Assembly (NCBI RefSeq): GCF_006345805.1
Contig: NC_043004.1
Location: 1,922,001 to 1,986,000, forward strand
Direction: 5' to 3'
Source: Octopus sinensis
Taxonomy: Eukaryota
DNA length: 64,000 nucleotides
A program made the translations under genes and the position numbers. Positions 26,076-39,470 of this stretch are shown here, piece after piece. Below the pieces are notes generated by a model. It saw only the letters and a list, made by a program, of their open reading frames with translations. It did not search any database and was not told the DNA's origin. How positions within the stretch are numbered: position 1 is the first letter of the stretch; each line of letters begins with the position of its first letter.

Positions 26076-27322
26076 GATGGTGGTAGATTTTCGATGCTGG
26101 TTTAGAAATATTTTGTTAGTGGACGCCATAGTTCAGGCTTCCAGCACATCCAATTTCATCGCACAGGATTAAGATGAAAAAGAAAAAGGAAAACAAAATG
26201 CCAATTTCGGGCCTTATGACTAGAAGAGAAAACACTTGCCGAGCTGTGTGAAGGCTGTTCTCAAATTCATAGCAACACACCTCTATTTGCAGACCTATAA
26301 GAACCGGTTAGATACAAGACTGAAATTTGTTTTACATGCAGTGCTCATCCGCACCTATATGTAATACGAGTCACTGACCCAAGTCTCCAAGTATTTCCCT
26401 TATAGCTGCCGTCTAGCGGTTCAAGCCAAGATGAAACTGTCTTCAGAGATTTTTAGCCAATACATTATTAAATACATTATATATAAAACTCTATTATTGA
26501 CAAAATAGAAAAAGTATTGCAAAGTTTCTAACTCTCAGTGTTTCATAAATTCCCTTAAAATGAATTGTGGTTTGAAATACCAGCAGCAAAGCAGAAAACA
26601 CGTTTTCAGCTAAGAGCAGAGAATCTTTATGTATTCTTCACTTTTGGTAATGCAGATTTTATTGAAAAAAAAAAAGAACCAGGCAAAACGCAACATTGTG
26701 TATGTATGTGTGTGCATCATTATAAATTGCAGTATTTTCTGTAAAATCAAATGCAATATTCCATATGCATCTGCTTTGCAGATCGGAAGTACTTTGGGAA
26801 GTCTCTTGGTACAATATACCTGGAGGCAAAACAGGAAATGTCTGGATTAAATGTAAAAGCATGTTGAAGTAGTTAAAGGAGATATATTTTTCGACCGGAA
26901 ATCAAGGAGTCCTTGCAACACAGACTCCATTAGATATTTAAAAATTCATTAGCTTATAACTAATAAAATTCAAGAGAATATAAATATAATCATTTTTGTA
27001 ATGATATATTTCATAAGTTCAAATTTATAAATTGTTATTTAGCTACAAATTTCTTCTCTCTGATGTTAATATTAATTAGATGTAATCCGAAAACTGATGC
27101 TGAAATTCAAAATATCGTAAGGTTTCGAGACAACAGTACGAAAGGCTTTACAAAGTATTACATATATTTCTGCAATAATTAATAATCTAACAACTATAAT
27201 GATATTGTTGCCAAGAAAACATATTAAGAAGATGGATTTATCTCTTACGTTGCTTGACCACTTATTGTGTGTTTGTGTGTGTGTTGTTATGTGTACGTGT
27301 GTATAAGAGAATTTGTTTTTAT

Positions 27323-27836
27323 GTTTGAAAATACACCTGAGTTTCAAAACGTGTAGTCGTTTGAAAATTTTGTAATAGATCTATTCAAATACCAAACCGG
27401 TTTCGACAATGTTTTGCTCATCAATTGTACAAATATGTAACTAAAGAGGTTAAACGAGTTAAAAGTTACAAGGTGCAATTCGGAAAACAAAGTTTAAACG
27501 ATGAAATGTTTACAGAAATTTCAATGCGTTTCAAAGAGATAGACAGTCATATCATAGTAAATTTTCAGTATGTATGTTATGACCTCCATCGAATCGAACA
27601 TTTACACTTATATTCTTATATACTCCTGTAAAACACATACAGCGTTTTGTAAACATTTGAATATTTGATCGTTTAGACATGATTTCCAGAATTTTACCTC
27701 AATTCGCGTAAACACTTTATTTGCATATTTTTACTATTGATAAGCTAAACATCGTCGAAACCGGTTTGGTATATCAATAAATCTGTTACAAAACAAGAAT
27801 TTGAAAACGACTACAAATTCAGGTGCATTTTGAAAC
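27323..27836. mobile_element. MITE or foldback element with imperfect TIRs of about 130 bp
   Basis: aaaatacacctga..gtagtcgttt..ataccaaaccggtttcgacaatgttt (27328-27420) is the reverse complement of about 27745-27831. Confidence 0.75.
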
Positions 27837-27890
27837 CACAAAATCATTTCTGAAATATTTTTTCTGCATGGGATTACACTTCTACTCTCC

Positions 27891-27929
<39 letters not shown>

Positions 27930-27931
<2 letters not shown>

Positions 27932-28272
27932 TACAAGACGTCAACTACAGTGTAAACAACATAGAATACAAAAACAAGCGAGAAATGCGCAAACAACAAA
28001 AGACAAAAATGGAAAACAGTACAGATAAACACAAAGAACGACCCTTCATCCGTTGTCGAGTGTCTGTCTACTCCTCATTTCGAGCATTCAACGACAATAT
28101 GAGTCTTCAAGGACAGTTGCTCCCATAAATTCCCACATAATATTTAGGGTTTATGGAGGATCAAAGTTGGGGACAAAAACTGGACAGTGGAGACATACAA
28201 GGTAACCGAACGAAAACAGACATGGAAGGTCGTTAGACCAGAATAAGAGGAAAATGGTGAACGCTGGAAGAA

Positions 28273-28275
<3 letters not shown>
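27930..28275. mobile_element. Probable Penelope-like terminal-repeat remnant
   Basis: Unique GC-richer insert between (AT)n arrays with hammerhead-like fragments (c[g]gatga, gaaa). Family assignment is by resemblance only. Confidence 0.4.
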
Positions 28276-28350
<75 letters not shown>

Positions 28351-28494
28351 TTGTGTATATATGTATGTCTCATATGTATATGCATGCATACATTTGTGTA
28401 ATTCTTGAACATGTTTGAATATATCTATCTATTTAGCTAGCAACCTATTTATCTATCTCTTTCGCTTTCTCACACTTTCTCTCTCTCTCTCTGT

Positions 28495-28548
<54 letters not shown>

Positions 28549-29225
28549 GATAACTTAACATGTTTGATGGAGGCAAGAAATGAAGGACATTTAGGTAAAT
28601 GTGTTTCCTGGTATTTTCTTTGTCTTTTGAAATCTACGTTTTATCAAGAAAAAAAGCATTCTATAAATATTCAGAAATCTGTGTATGCAACATCTTTATT
28701 CATGAAGGTACTTTTTTGAACTGCTAATTTATATTAGATTCAGACAAGACAGAAGAAGGGAGACATACCACGTCAGGAATTTGTGTATCCCTTTACGTTT
28801 TGGCATAACCATAGATATTTCAGACAAACTGATGGACATGGAATATGCTCATTAGCAGGTTTAATAAGACTGACATTCTTTCTGTCCAGTTATACTTTGG
28901 CCACTTCTATCAGTTTCAAACATCGCTTTTCTTACTGAGTGATAAATGGGACATCCGCAAATCTACAGACTAATCACACAAAACAATAATATACGCGTGT
29001 ATGTGTGTGTGGATGTATCTCTTTCTCTCTCTCTCTAGATATATATATATATATATATATATGTTTATATATATACACACACACATATATATATACATGT
29101 ATATATACATATATCTACATATATATTAATATCTATATATATACATATATACATAAATATATATTTATAAATAGACATTTATATATATATATTTATCTAT
29201 ATATATATATGTATATGCATATGTA

Positions 29226-29264
<39 letters not shown>

Positions 29265-29753
29265 TATATATATATCAATAACTTTATGAGTGTGTTTGTG
29301 TGTGTAACAGGAAAACATAAACGCAGGAGTAAAGGGCTTTGGCAACATAGTTGCATGTATGATATTAAATGCAACGTATAAATATTGAAAAATATAAGCA
29401 GTTTTGTCGTAATGATATATGAGTGGCGCTGGTCAGTTCAATGCATATATTAAAGTGCACGGCGTAGATGATAGATGATGATATACATGATGTAGACGAA
29501 ATAATAACGTCAGAGTTCATGATTGTATGATATTTGCTCACAATCACCATTTGATGACAGTTTGAAGATGATAAGGAAATAGAATATCTACTTTACAGAG
29601 CAGTGTAAAGAAACAGGTATTAAGCGGAACAATGCTAACATTTGTCTAGTTGCATTCATTATGACCGGCCTTTCACGAATCTGGCGAACGGATTTCCTAC
29701 CCTGTTCAGATAACAAAAGCTGACCAATTAATAATCTCATATATGTATAGGTA

Positions 29754-29816
<63 letters not shown>

Positions 29817-29841
29817 CTCTCTCTCTCTCTAAATATATATA

Positions 29842-29882
<41 letters not shown>

Positions 29883-29980
29883 AAATATATATAATATTAT
29901 ATATATATATACCCATATATATATATACACACATACATATATATATGTGGGTATATATATATACATATGTATAAATATAT

Positions 29981-30038
<58 letters not shown>

Positions 30039-30609
30039 CTTACATACATGCATTCACACGTACATACGTACATGCATACTCGAGGCATACTCGTATATAT
30101 ACAACCGTATTCCTATATGCATATTTATAGTTGTGTATGCATAGATGCATGTGTGTGTTCCAGTAATTTAGGTACAATACCTATTTAGACGAACGACACT
30201 AATGAAAAGCCGAGGGACACTCAGTTGTTCAAAGTTCAAAAAATGTCGGCCGACTGTAAGGAAAACAGTTTTCTTCAAAGATAATGACACTGTGCTTTTT
30301 CACAATCGCTTTCACTGGGTACAGATCTTCCAACTAGTGACAACACAAACACACACACACATAACTCACCCTCATACTCAGAGACACACATATGCATACG
30401 CACGCTTGCACCTATTCACTCGCTCACAGAAAAACACACACATGCATATCAATATTTGCATCTTATAACGGCAAAGTAAGCCAGAACTTGGAAATGAATT
30501 ACAATCATTTACATATCAGTTACATCTTCCTTCATACATACAGACATACATATTTACATGTGTGCATATTTATATATATTACATACATATGTATGTATGT
30601 ACATAATTA

Positions 30610-30676
<67 letters not shown>

Positions 30677-31169
30677 ATACATATATATATATATATATAT
30701 GTCTCTCTGTCTCTCTTTATATATATATATTTAAAATATATTAACAATATATTAATATATATATATATATATACATAACACCATATCATAGAATTTTATT
30801 TTAATACTTACTAATCAGTTCTAAGTTTCTCTTCTACATGTATTTCATGAGGTGCGTTTAACGTTCCTTAGGAACTCAGTCTATTTACATATAAATATTA
30901 TTTACATATAAATATATAGTGAAGCTTTACTATAGCGTTGTATCGACTGCTATTTCCAGTAAATATTAGTGCATTGTTCTTCCACCGCTCTATATTTATA
31001 CTACATATAGATATGAAAAATATTTACACAAACAAAACCGATTGCAATAGTACACAAAATCTCTGATGGCTGAAATATAAAATGTTTAACGCTTGACGCC
31101 ATTAAATATTGTATCGAAGCAATTTTATTATATAATTACTATAAAATTTTCACGAAATCTAGTGTATAT

Positions 31170-31630
31170 GAAACATTCAAGTCACATCTTCCTGCCACTG
31201 ACCACCACTTGCCAAAAACGTGTTACATTATTCGGCAATATGGAAGGTATAGAATAACTGGGCTCCACTGCATAGAGCCAAGGTCTCCAAATTTGCCATC
31301 AAGACTTAGGACAAGATACTGCAATAGCCTGGGCTTCAGAGGTCCACAGCTCTTCTATATCCCACCGAAGGACCTGAGAGACCTGCATGGAGTAGATGTA
31401 GGTGTCTTCAAAATAATGCTGGACCTCTTCCTGTCAGGTGTCCCAGATGAACTAACTTCGCGGTAGGAAGTGCAGACGAGGGCAGCTGTATCAAACTTTC
31501 TCATGCACCAAATGTCAATAGCTAAAAAGCATTCGTTAAGTAAAATTATGTAGCAACACCAAATAGCGTTACCCCAGCATGGCCACAGCTCGTGAGCTGA
31601 AACTAGATGAAATAAAAAAAATAAAAATAA
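31170..31630 (+). mobile_element. CR1-type LINE 3' end
   Basis: GLHCIEP..RLRTRYCNSLGFRGPQLF..LPKDLRDL..FKIMLDLFLSGVPDE, then tail ccagcatggccacagctcgtgagctgaaac and an A-rich end. Confidence 0.85.
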
Positions 31631-32156
31631 TAATACTTTATTTTCATATTTCACACATTCATTTTAGTTTTACTCCAAATTAACTTAAAATCGTCTTTTA
31701 TATTTCGAGGTAAATCCCTTTTGGAATTTCCATAGTCGAGTGCGTACACATATGTATGAAAATATCCATTCTCTCCTGATGACCCCTTAAACTTGCAAGC
31801 AAGTTGTTTGAAAAAGAATATAATATGTAATATAATACATCATAATATAATATATTGAAGTGTGAGTGTGTGTTTGTGTGTGTATATATAAAAAGGGAGT
31901 AAAAGAAATGACACAAAGTGGCCAATAGCATATGTATGAAAATGATACACAAATACAGGTGTATCATATATAATATAGACGTAAATTCTTTTCCTTTTGA
32001 AGATCTTATACAATGAATAAAATGGCAATTAAGGGCTGCTTTATATGACAAAAGGAGACAACGTCAAGATGTCTCTAAAGCTGACATCTCATTGGACATA
32101 TTGTCTGAAAATAAGAGGATAAACGTGGACAACATGCATCTATGTGTGTGTGTATG

Positions 32157-32218
<62 letters not shown>

Positions 32219-32699
32219 CAGCGCAAGAAGATACACCAATATATATATACATATGATTCTTGCATCCATGAGAGAAAGTGCGTTGTTACAAATCCTAAAT
32301 TGTATATATGATCATATAAAATGCGACTAATTGTAAATTATATAATACAAACTTTTAGTTTTAATGTAGAAGCATATGGGAGACAAACTTATCGTAGATA
32401 TCAACTTAAGTATATTAATAGATATACATGTAAACAGACAGAGAGATGAATGAGAGGGGGAGAGAGAAATAAACAAATAAATAGACAGACAGATATATAG
32501 GTAGATAGATGGTAAATTTGTATTAAAGAGAAACTATATTATATTTTAATACTTCCATCTTAAAATGTAAATATATTTAAATATTTCAAAGGATATGATC
32601 ATTCTTAATATTTCCACATAGTACACCACTCATACATATTTTCGCAAACGCTCACACATACGTACATGGCCTATATCTTCATGTTCGTAGTTATACAAA

Positions 32700-32777
<78 letters not shown>

Positions 32778-32992
32778 GAGTGCGTATGCGTGTATGCATA
32801 CTAGAAAGAGAGGGAAATATAATTTTAAATCAATTTGGAGTAAAACAAAAATTTACTTACACGCATGCATCTATATATACGTATATACACCCACATATCT
32901 GTATCCACATATATATATATATACAAAACTATACACATACATACATACACACACACACATACACACACACATACGCACACACACACACACAC

Positions 32993-33023
<31 letters not shown>

Positions 33024-33056
33024 TGGTATTCACACACACACATATATATAGGTATT

Positions 33057-33101
<45 letters not shown>

Positions 33102-33762
33102 CCTTCTATATATTTGCTTTAGTATTTTTTTGTTGATTTTGGTTTAGTCTTTCGATGCAGTTTACTTCCTCCAAATGGTCAAAATTAATAGCAGGATTGC
33201 TAATGATATATTTATTTATTGTTTATTTCAGCTGTAAACTGATCGAAAGCTATCGAACGAAAATGATATATTCGTAGATTTTCGTTTTGGTTTCGTCTTG
33301 ATAAGATTTAAACCCAGCATTGAAATACATTTATTATTTTGAGTGTTTTTATTCATTTGTTTTATCATTATCATTTTTACTGCTGACTTTTCCTTTCGTT
33401 CTTTTTGATTCCACTGAAACTAATATCTGTTTTTGAGAAACTTACTGACTAAGATTAATCAAACGGCCATTTGTATTGTTAATGTTATTCATGAATTCTA
33501 GCTTGGTGGGAGCTTGGTGAGATAAACCTCTGCTTGAAACATTTATCGTATTTCAATAAAGTTTGAATAATTTAGGTAGAAACAAGTTAATAGCAGGAAT
33601 TGAAAGAATTACAGCAAACCATTGTGATGTTTAAAATGAAGAGTTAAAAATTAAGATGTAGTGTAATGTAAGGTATATGTAGGAAGAAGAGTGAGTGTTG
33701 ATGGAATGATAAAACGGCAACAACTACAAAAACAACGGGGAAATAGTGAAAGTGATTTAACT

Positions 33763-33798
<36 letters not shown>

Positions 33799-33982
33799 TG
33801 TGTAAAAGAACTTAACAAAAATATTGGAATAAATGAAAATAAACTACACAAAATAGCACAAAAATATTATCTACCTATTAAAATATAATGATGCTGGCAG
33901 AAATGCAGAAAGTGAAAATGAATGACGCCTCAGTTGCTTATGTTTATGCCCAGTAGTAAATCTAAAGGAACATATTATATAA

Positions 33983-34009
33983 AACAACAACAACAACAAC
34001 AACAACAAC

Positions 34010-34053
<44 letters not shown>

Positions 34054-34082
34054 TGATTATGATGATGATGATGATGATAATA
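33983..34082. repeat. (AAC)n(AAT)n(GAT)n compound microsatellite
   Basis: Directly visible. Confidence 0.95.
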
Positions 34083-34572
34083 GAAACGAAAGCATTTTAT
34101 GAAAGAAATATGTTTTATTCAGAATCTTTAAGAGTTTCACAACTGACAGAGTGGATATATAAAAACAATAATTCTATGCTGTAAATATTTTACTGATAAA
34201 CATCGGTTCAAAGAAGAATATATGCTGTGGCAGATTTTCGTTATAATCCAGTACAATTAAAAGTGTACGTGGTATGTCTTGTGTTGCGTAGATAAAAAAA
34301 AAGGGCGCACTGTTTTATTTGTTCTCGAATATGAAAATTATAAATGTGTTTTGATTGGTTAAATTAGAAGTTTCAAAATATTTTACAAACACACATATAT
34401 ATATGAGAGAGAATGTTTGCGTGCAAACATACATATAATATATACACGCGCTTGTGAATATAAATCTATGTATTTATCTATCAATCGATGTCTTTATCGC
34501 TATGCGTGTGTCTCTCTGTCTCTCTGTCTCTCTTTCTCTCTCTCTCTCTCTCTTAATATATATATATATGTA

Positions 34573-34648
<76 letters not shown>

Positions 34649-35290
34649 CATATGCATATATATATGTGTGTGTGTACATAGGTAGATAGACAGATATTTT
34701 TATAAATATATGCATGTGTATACATACACACACATACACACATGCACTACTAAATACATTGTCCATACATAACTGCACATTATGCATTATTTTGTAGTAT
34801 CAGTGTCCTTCAATAGGTAAGTGGAATTATTTCATAATTTCTACCAGAGGTGTACCCTCTCAATGAACTTCAACCTTTTGACCGTTGATAATCCGGATCT
34901 ACCACATCAATCATTTACTTCAACACAGTGGGTCATTCCATTATTTATATATATATCAGTGTGCAACATCCGCGTACATACTAAAAATAAAATGGAAAGA
35001 AACGTGCTTCATTTCCATACTGGGAACAGCGTCCTTGATTAGTCCAAAGTAACATTTCTTTCTACTTGTACATATCCTCTTAAGCTTCTTACTCTTCCCG
35101 GTCTACTCATAAAGCACATGTTGAGCTGCTCACCGCATCTGTTGCAACTAATTTCTCAAACAGAAGATGAAAAACTCTGCTGTCTTTCTTTAAGTTTCTT
35201 CCTCTTATCATTATCCTGAAAAAGGACTCTGTCCGAACCGTTGAGCATTCTATCTCCTATCGTTAAAAAGGGATACGTGTAAAGCGATGA

Positions 35291-35326
<36 letters not shown>

Positions 35327-35943
35327 GTGTGAGTATGTTAGTGTGTATGCATGTATGTGTATTTTTGTATATATATATATATACACACAAATACATACAC
35401 ACTAAGGGACGCATACGTACACAAACACAAGTTTACTTATACATATATATACTTGCGCGCAGAGATACACACACATAAATCTTTGCATCGAAGCTCAAGT
35501 CTGAAAGGATCACAGATGTGTCTTCGTGATAAAAAAAAAGCGTGTCTTCAGCCATTTAAACATGGTGGGAGACTGAACCATTCCAGAACTATTCTGACCA
35601 CAGCCGACGAGTTCCTGGAAGATGAAAAGCGAATGGTTAACGATAATGAGGAAACAAGAAAAGTATCAAACCCACAGCAGAGCCGCTACGTACTCGCATG
35701 CTTTTTGTGTTGTACAGTTTGCTTCAAGATCTCCCTCTAAGTGACCGGATTTATGATTCTGATTTTATTGTAGCAACTCTTAGTTGTTGTTTGTCATTTG
35801 CCCTTCTATATCAGTGACCTTTCAAAGAGGTCAAAGTAATAAAACATCTTTGCCCTGACTAAGCCTAAAATTGATAAGAGAATAACAAAAGGTACTACGA
35901 TTGAATAATTGTCGTTGTCTCTAAAACTTCCAGCACTTCATAG

Positions 35944-36195
35944 CACATTATTTACATTATTTACATTTGAAGGATATTTGTTCTCAACTTGTTTGTTGTT
36001 AACACGACGTTTCGGCTGATATACTGTCCAGCCTTCATCAAGTGTCTTGGGGAAAATTCGAACCTGGTGAAGGTTGGAGGGTATATCAGCCGAAACGTTG
36101 TGTTAACAACAAACAAGATGAAGACAAATATCCGTCAAATGTAAACAATATAAATAATGTACATAATTCCTCATCTCTTAAGTATAGAACTGTAC
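35944..36195. mobile_element. Palindromic pair of Penelope-like terminal repeats
   Basis: 35947-36042 is the reverse complement of about 36068-36165. Both arms are homologous to 55880-56065. Confidence 0.85.
36001..36046 (-). ncRNA. Type I hammerhead motif (C3U variant)
   Basis: Minus strand: GACAC UUGAUGA A GGCUG GACAGUAUAU CAGCC GAAAC GUC GUGUU. A partner remnant lies on the + strand at 36064-36104 (core CUGGUGA). Confidence 0.65.
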
Positions 36196-36989
36196 TTCTC
36201 AAGCAGATTTGTATTATCTATTTTTTTGTTAAAGTGTGACAGATAGAAATGAGGATCTTCGTTTTTAAATATTGAGATGGACATTACCTGGAAAGTGAAG
36301 GTCTAAATGGTAAAAAAAAAAATGGACGAAACGGTTGAGTAGGAAGAAACGCAAATTACAGAAGTGTCGATAACGGCCTATTCCAATTTTTTTTTTCTAA
36401 GGAAGAAAATTAAAAGAAATATCTCGTCTAACAGTTTCATTGCATTCACTGTTTCAGGAGATGGCGCATGTGAGATTTCGCATAAAAGGATATTTCTATA
36501 AACTAACACAGTAATTCATAATTTTGTTTATTATTAATTCTCTGAGCACACTGTTGTCATTGATAAATAAAATTTGCTCAATATACTGATGTCATTGTCT
36601 CCTTAAGTTTAGAAAGGACATCGCTTTTGTTTTATAGTTTTCAAAGAAGAAATTAGAAGGAAAATAGATTGCAGTGATGGAAAATCGTCCATTCCTCAAT
36701 ATTCAGACAAGAAATTCTGATCCACTGTTGAGTTCTTTATGGTGATGTACAAATCAAATGAGATTTGGTACTTATCTCTTGTTAGAGGAGTGATTGCAAA
36801 CTGGTTTGCACGTTATTTCACTGTATTGTGTTCTTTTTGGTCTACTTATTTTTTTACTGGTAATTACAATAAAAGAACAATTTTCTTTCGCGCACATACA
36901 TATGCACATACGTATATACGTATATACATACATACAAACATAGATACATACACACACATACACACATGCATACATACATACCGACAGAA

Positions 36990-37049
36990 AGACAAAAAAT
37001 AGATAGACAGACATATAGATAGACAGATAGATAGATAGACAGACAGACG

Positions 37050-37086
<37 letters not shown>

Positions 37087-37130
37087 GTAGATAGATAGAT
37101 AGATTGATAGATAGGTAGGTAGGTAGGTAG

Positions 37131-37170
<40 letters not shown>
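36990..37170. repeat. (GATA/GACA/GGTA)n microsatellite
   Basis: Directly visible. Confidence 0.95.
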
Positions 37171-37171
<1 letters not shown>

Positions 37172-37479
37172 TTTTTAATTGTCTATTTTGTTGAACGTTC
37201 ACCACTTACAACAATGGCCGCTGTGCCGTTGACTGTATCGGATTTATCCACTGTCTGTGGATTATTTATTTAGTTGGTATAAGACACTATATTATTATTT
37301 AGTTGGTATAAGACACTATAATTGAGAATTTTTTTGCAGTTTCTCCTTGTCCAGCGTCCGAAAGGGAAGTAGATTTTGGCCAACTCAAATCGAAAGCTTT
37401 GTCTAAGTGTAGTTTATGAAATATATTCATGTTGTAGACGTATCTACTTTATTATTTAACTTGATCAAATAAATAGGTC

Positions 37480-37915
37480 TCGTAGCCCAAAAATCAAAAC
37501 AGCCAAATAAGGAGCTTCATATTTGAAACTCCGATGAAACTACAAGGTCATACTCAAGAATTCAACTATGAGTGCATTGCATCTTAAAGTAGAAACAGCC
37601 GTAAGCTAAGGAATTTCCAAACATACATCTTTATGTCCATTCCTTTGTCAGTGTAATTTCTCACCAACTTCCGGTCACTTCAGCAATGTAACAACACGTG
37701 GCCCCTTGGTGATTTCTTCTTCTCCACCTTCTTAGAAATTGTCCCTTTCTCCTGTCCGACGAAGAGTTTTGCTTGAAACGTTAAACTCTCTTCTTTCACT
37801 GAACGTCAAGCTAATCTATTTCCTGTGCACGCCCCCACGTTCGTTGTTTTTCTTCCTGATTTCGCTTTTTATCCGTTTATCTGAATTGCTTGTTTAACTG
37901 AATTGACTATATATC
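37480..37915 (+). mobile_element. Penelope-like remnants with two degenerate hammerheads (37527-37607 and 37752-37786)
   Basis: CCGAUGA A ACU..long loop..AGU A GAAAC AGCC GUA AGCU, and CCGACGA A GAG UUUU GCUU GAAAC GUU. Confidence 0.55.
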
Positions 37916-37919
37916 TTTT

Positions 37920-38500
37920 CTTTTACCTTTTACTGGTTTCAGCCCACGACTGAGGTCATGCTAGTGCACCACCTGTAATACTCGGTGTTGTTTCTGGTAT
38001 TGTTTTTGGTGAAGTAGCGAGTTGGACGCGATGTGGATTCCTCTGGTATCTCATATAGAAACCTGTCCAGACGTTAACTGAAAACTTCCACAATTAACAC
38101 AATGTAGATCTCCAAGGTGGCTTGGAAAGATGTTGAACAATTGCGGGTCCTTGAAACCCAGTTTATTGCAGTACTTGTCCTTATTTTATATAGAGAATAC
38201 GGGATCTTTGGTACGATGCAGTGCTGTCCAGTTCGAGGATTGGTATAGCTGTCAATTGCAAAACTGGGAGCTAAACCCTCCAAGATTTTCCATATATATA
38301 CATCACCGCATATCTCTTTCGTCTTCTCTCCAGGGAATAGAGACTCAGCTCCTTTAACCTCACCCAGTAGCCCATCTTTTGCATAGAGTCAGTCTTTGAG
38401 TATTGGCATTATATTGCTTCGAGTTCTGCCGTTTGTTTCACACTCTCTGGGGACCAGAGTAGTCCAAGCGGCTGAGAAAGAAAGTCATCCATAGGTGTAC
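37920..38500 (-). mobile_element. CR1-type LINE 3' portion
   Basis: Minus strand, with frameshifts, gives YWVRLKELSLYSL, RYAVMYIWKILEGLAP, RTGQHCIVPKIP and LGFKDPQLFNIFP. Tail is ctagcatgacctcagtcgtgggctgaaacc. Confidence 0.85.
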
Positions 38501-38570
38501 CAGTGATATTTATCTTCCTGACCCATTCATTGTGTTTCTTTCTCTCTACTTTATAAAATCCCATAGAATA

Positions 38571-38639
<69 letters not shown>

Positions 38640-39145
38640 TCTCGCTTTATAGCAAATATTCTGCTCAAGCAAAGTTTGAAGGTAATAGTAGCCATGTTTC
38701 ATACTTTCTAGAGTTAATAACAATTGGCACCCATGAACAAAGGTGGTGTTACATAATGTAAAACTGATTTAGTATGAAGAAAACTACAAGAAGCTTACCT
38801 GAGAGAGAGGGAAAAACCGAAGTTGCTGTTCCTTCGAAATTGATGAAAATGATGGCCAGACCTGTTTTATAGTGGTCTGTTTCTTTTAAAATGCGATGGG
38901 TTTTTCATAACTTACACGTCCAATTCGAAAAATGCTTAAATTCAATCTGGACTGACATCAACTTTTTAACTTGTCACCGGCAATATATCTCTGTAAAGAA
39001 TACAGAAACCCGTACACACTCTGGCGCAGAAACATTGAATGGTTCAGAATAAACACGGAGATTTACTTCTCCTTCACACGTATATTGGTCAGTGTGTGGA
39101 AAAAAATGAAAATAGCAAAACTGCCATGAGAATTAAATTTATTAA

Positions 39146-39470
39146 GTAGTAGAGTGTGTAGGAATTAAACGCCCGGGTGACCTGATTGATATTACAAGAT
39201 ATCGTAAAGAAGATTGGGCTGGAATCGGATTGGAGATTTTAATCCGGATGAAACTGGGAACACCGGAAAAGATTTTCGGTTTTATTGAGCCGCTGAATGG
39301 CGTACAAATTCAAGTCATGGCGGAAGACAGAAAAGCAAGATGCTACAACACTTATTCAAATAAAAATTCTTTCCAGAACAACAAAAGTGAACTGGAGTAA
39401 GGCCTTCAGTGCTACCAAAACTACAGTCACAACAACGACCACCCCAACAACTGTAACAGCCAGAAAACAA
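39146..39470 (+). pseudogene. Possible gag-like ORF1 remnant of a non-LTR retrotransposon
   Basis: Open frame VVECVGIKRPGDLIDITRYRKEDWAGIGLEILIRMKLG..GVQIQVMAEDRKARCY. It resembles the segment before an ORF1 zinc knuckle, with a Thr-rich tail in the adjacent frame. Confidence 0.35.

Noticed and set aside
28035-28115. Hammerhead on the minus strand (ctcata-ttgtcg..gctcgaaatgag..cgacaa-cggatga)
   Set aside because: The pairing segments are in an order that fits no type I, II or III permutation, and the core is mutated. Kept only as a possible Penelope-like remnant.
37259-37320. 30-bp local tandem duplication (also an 18-bp one near 45380)
   Set aside because: Ordinary slippage duplications with no further structure.
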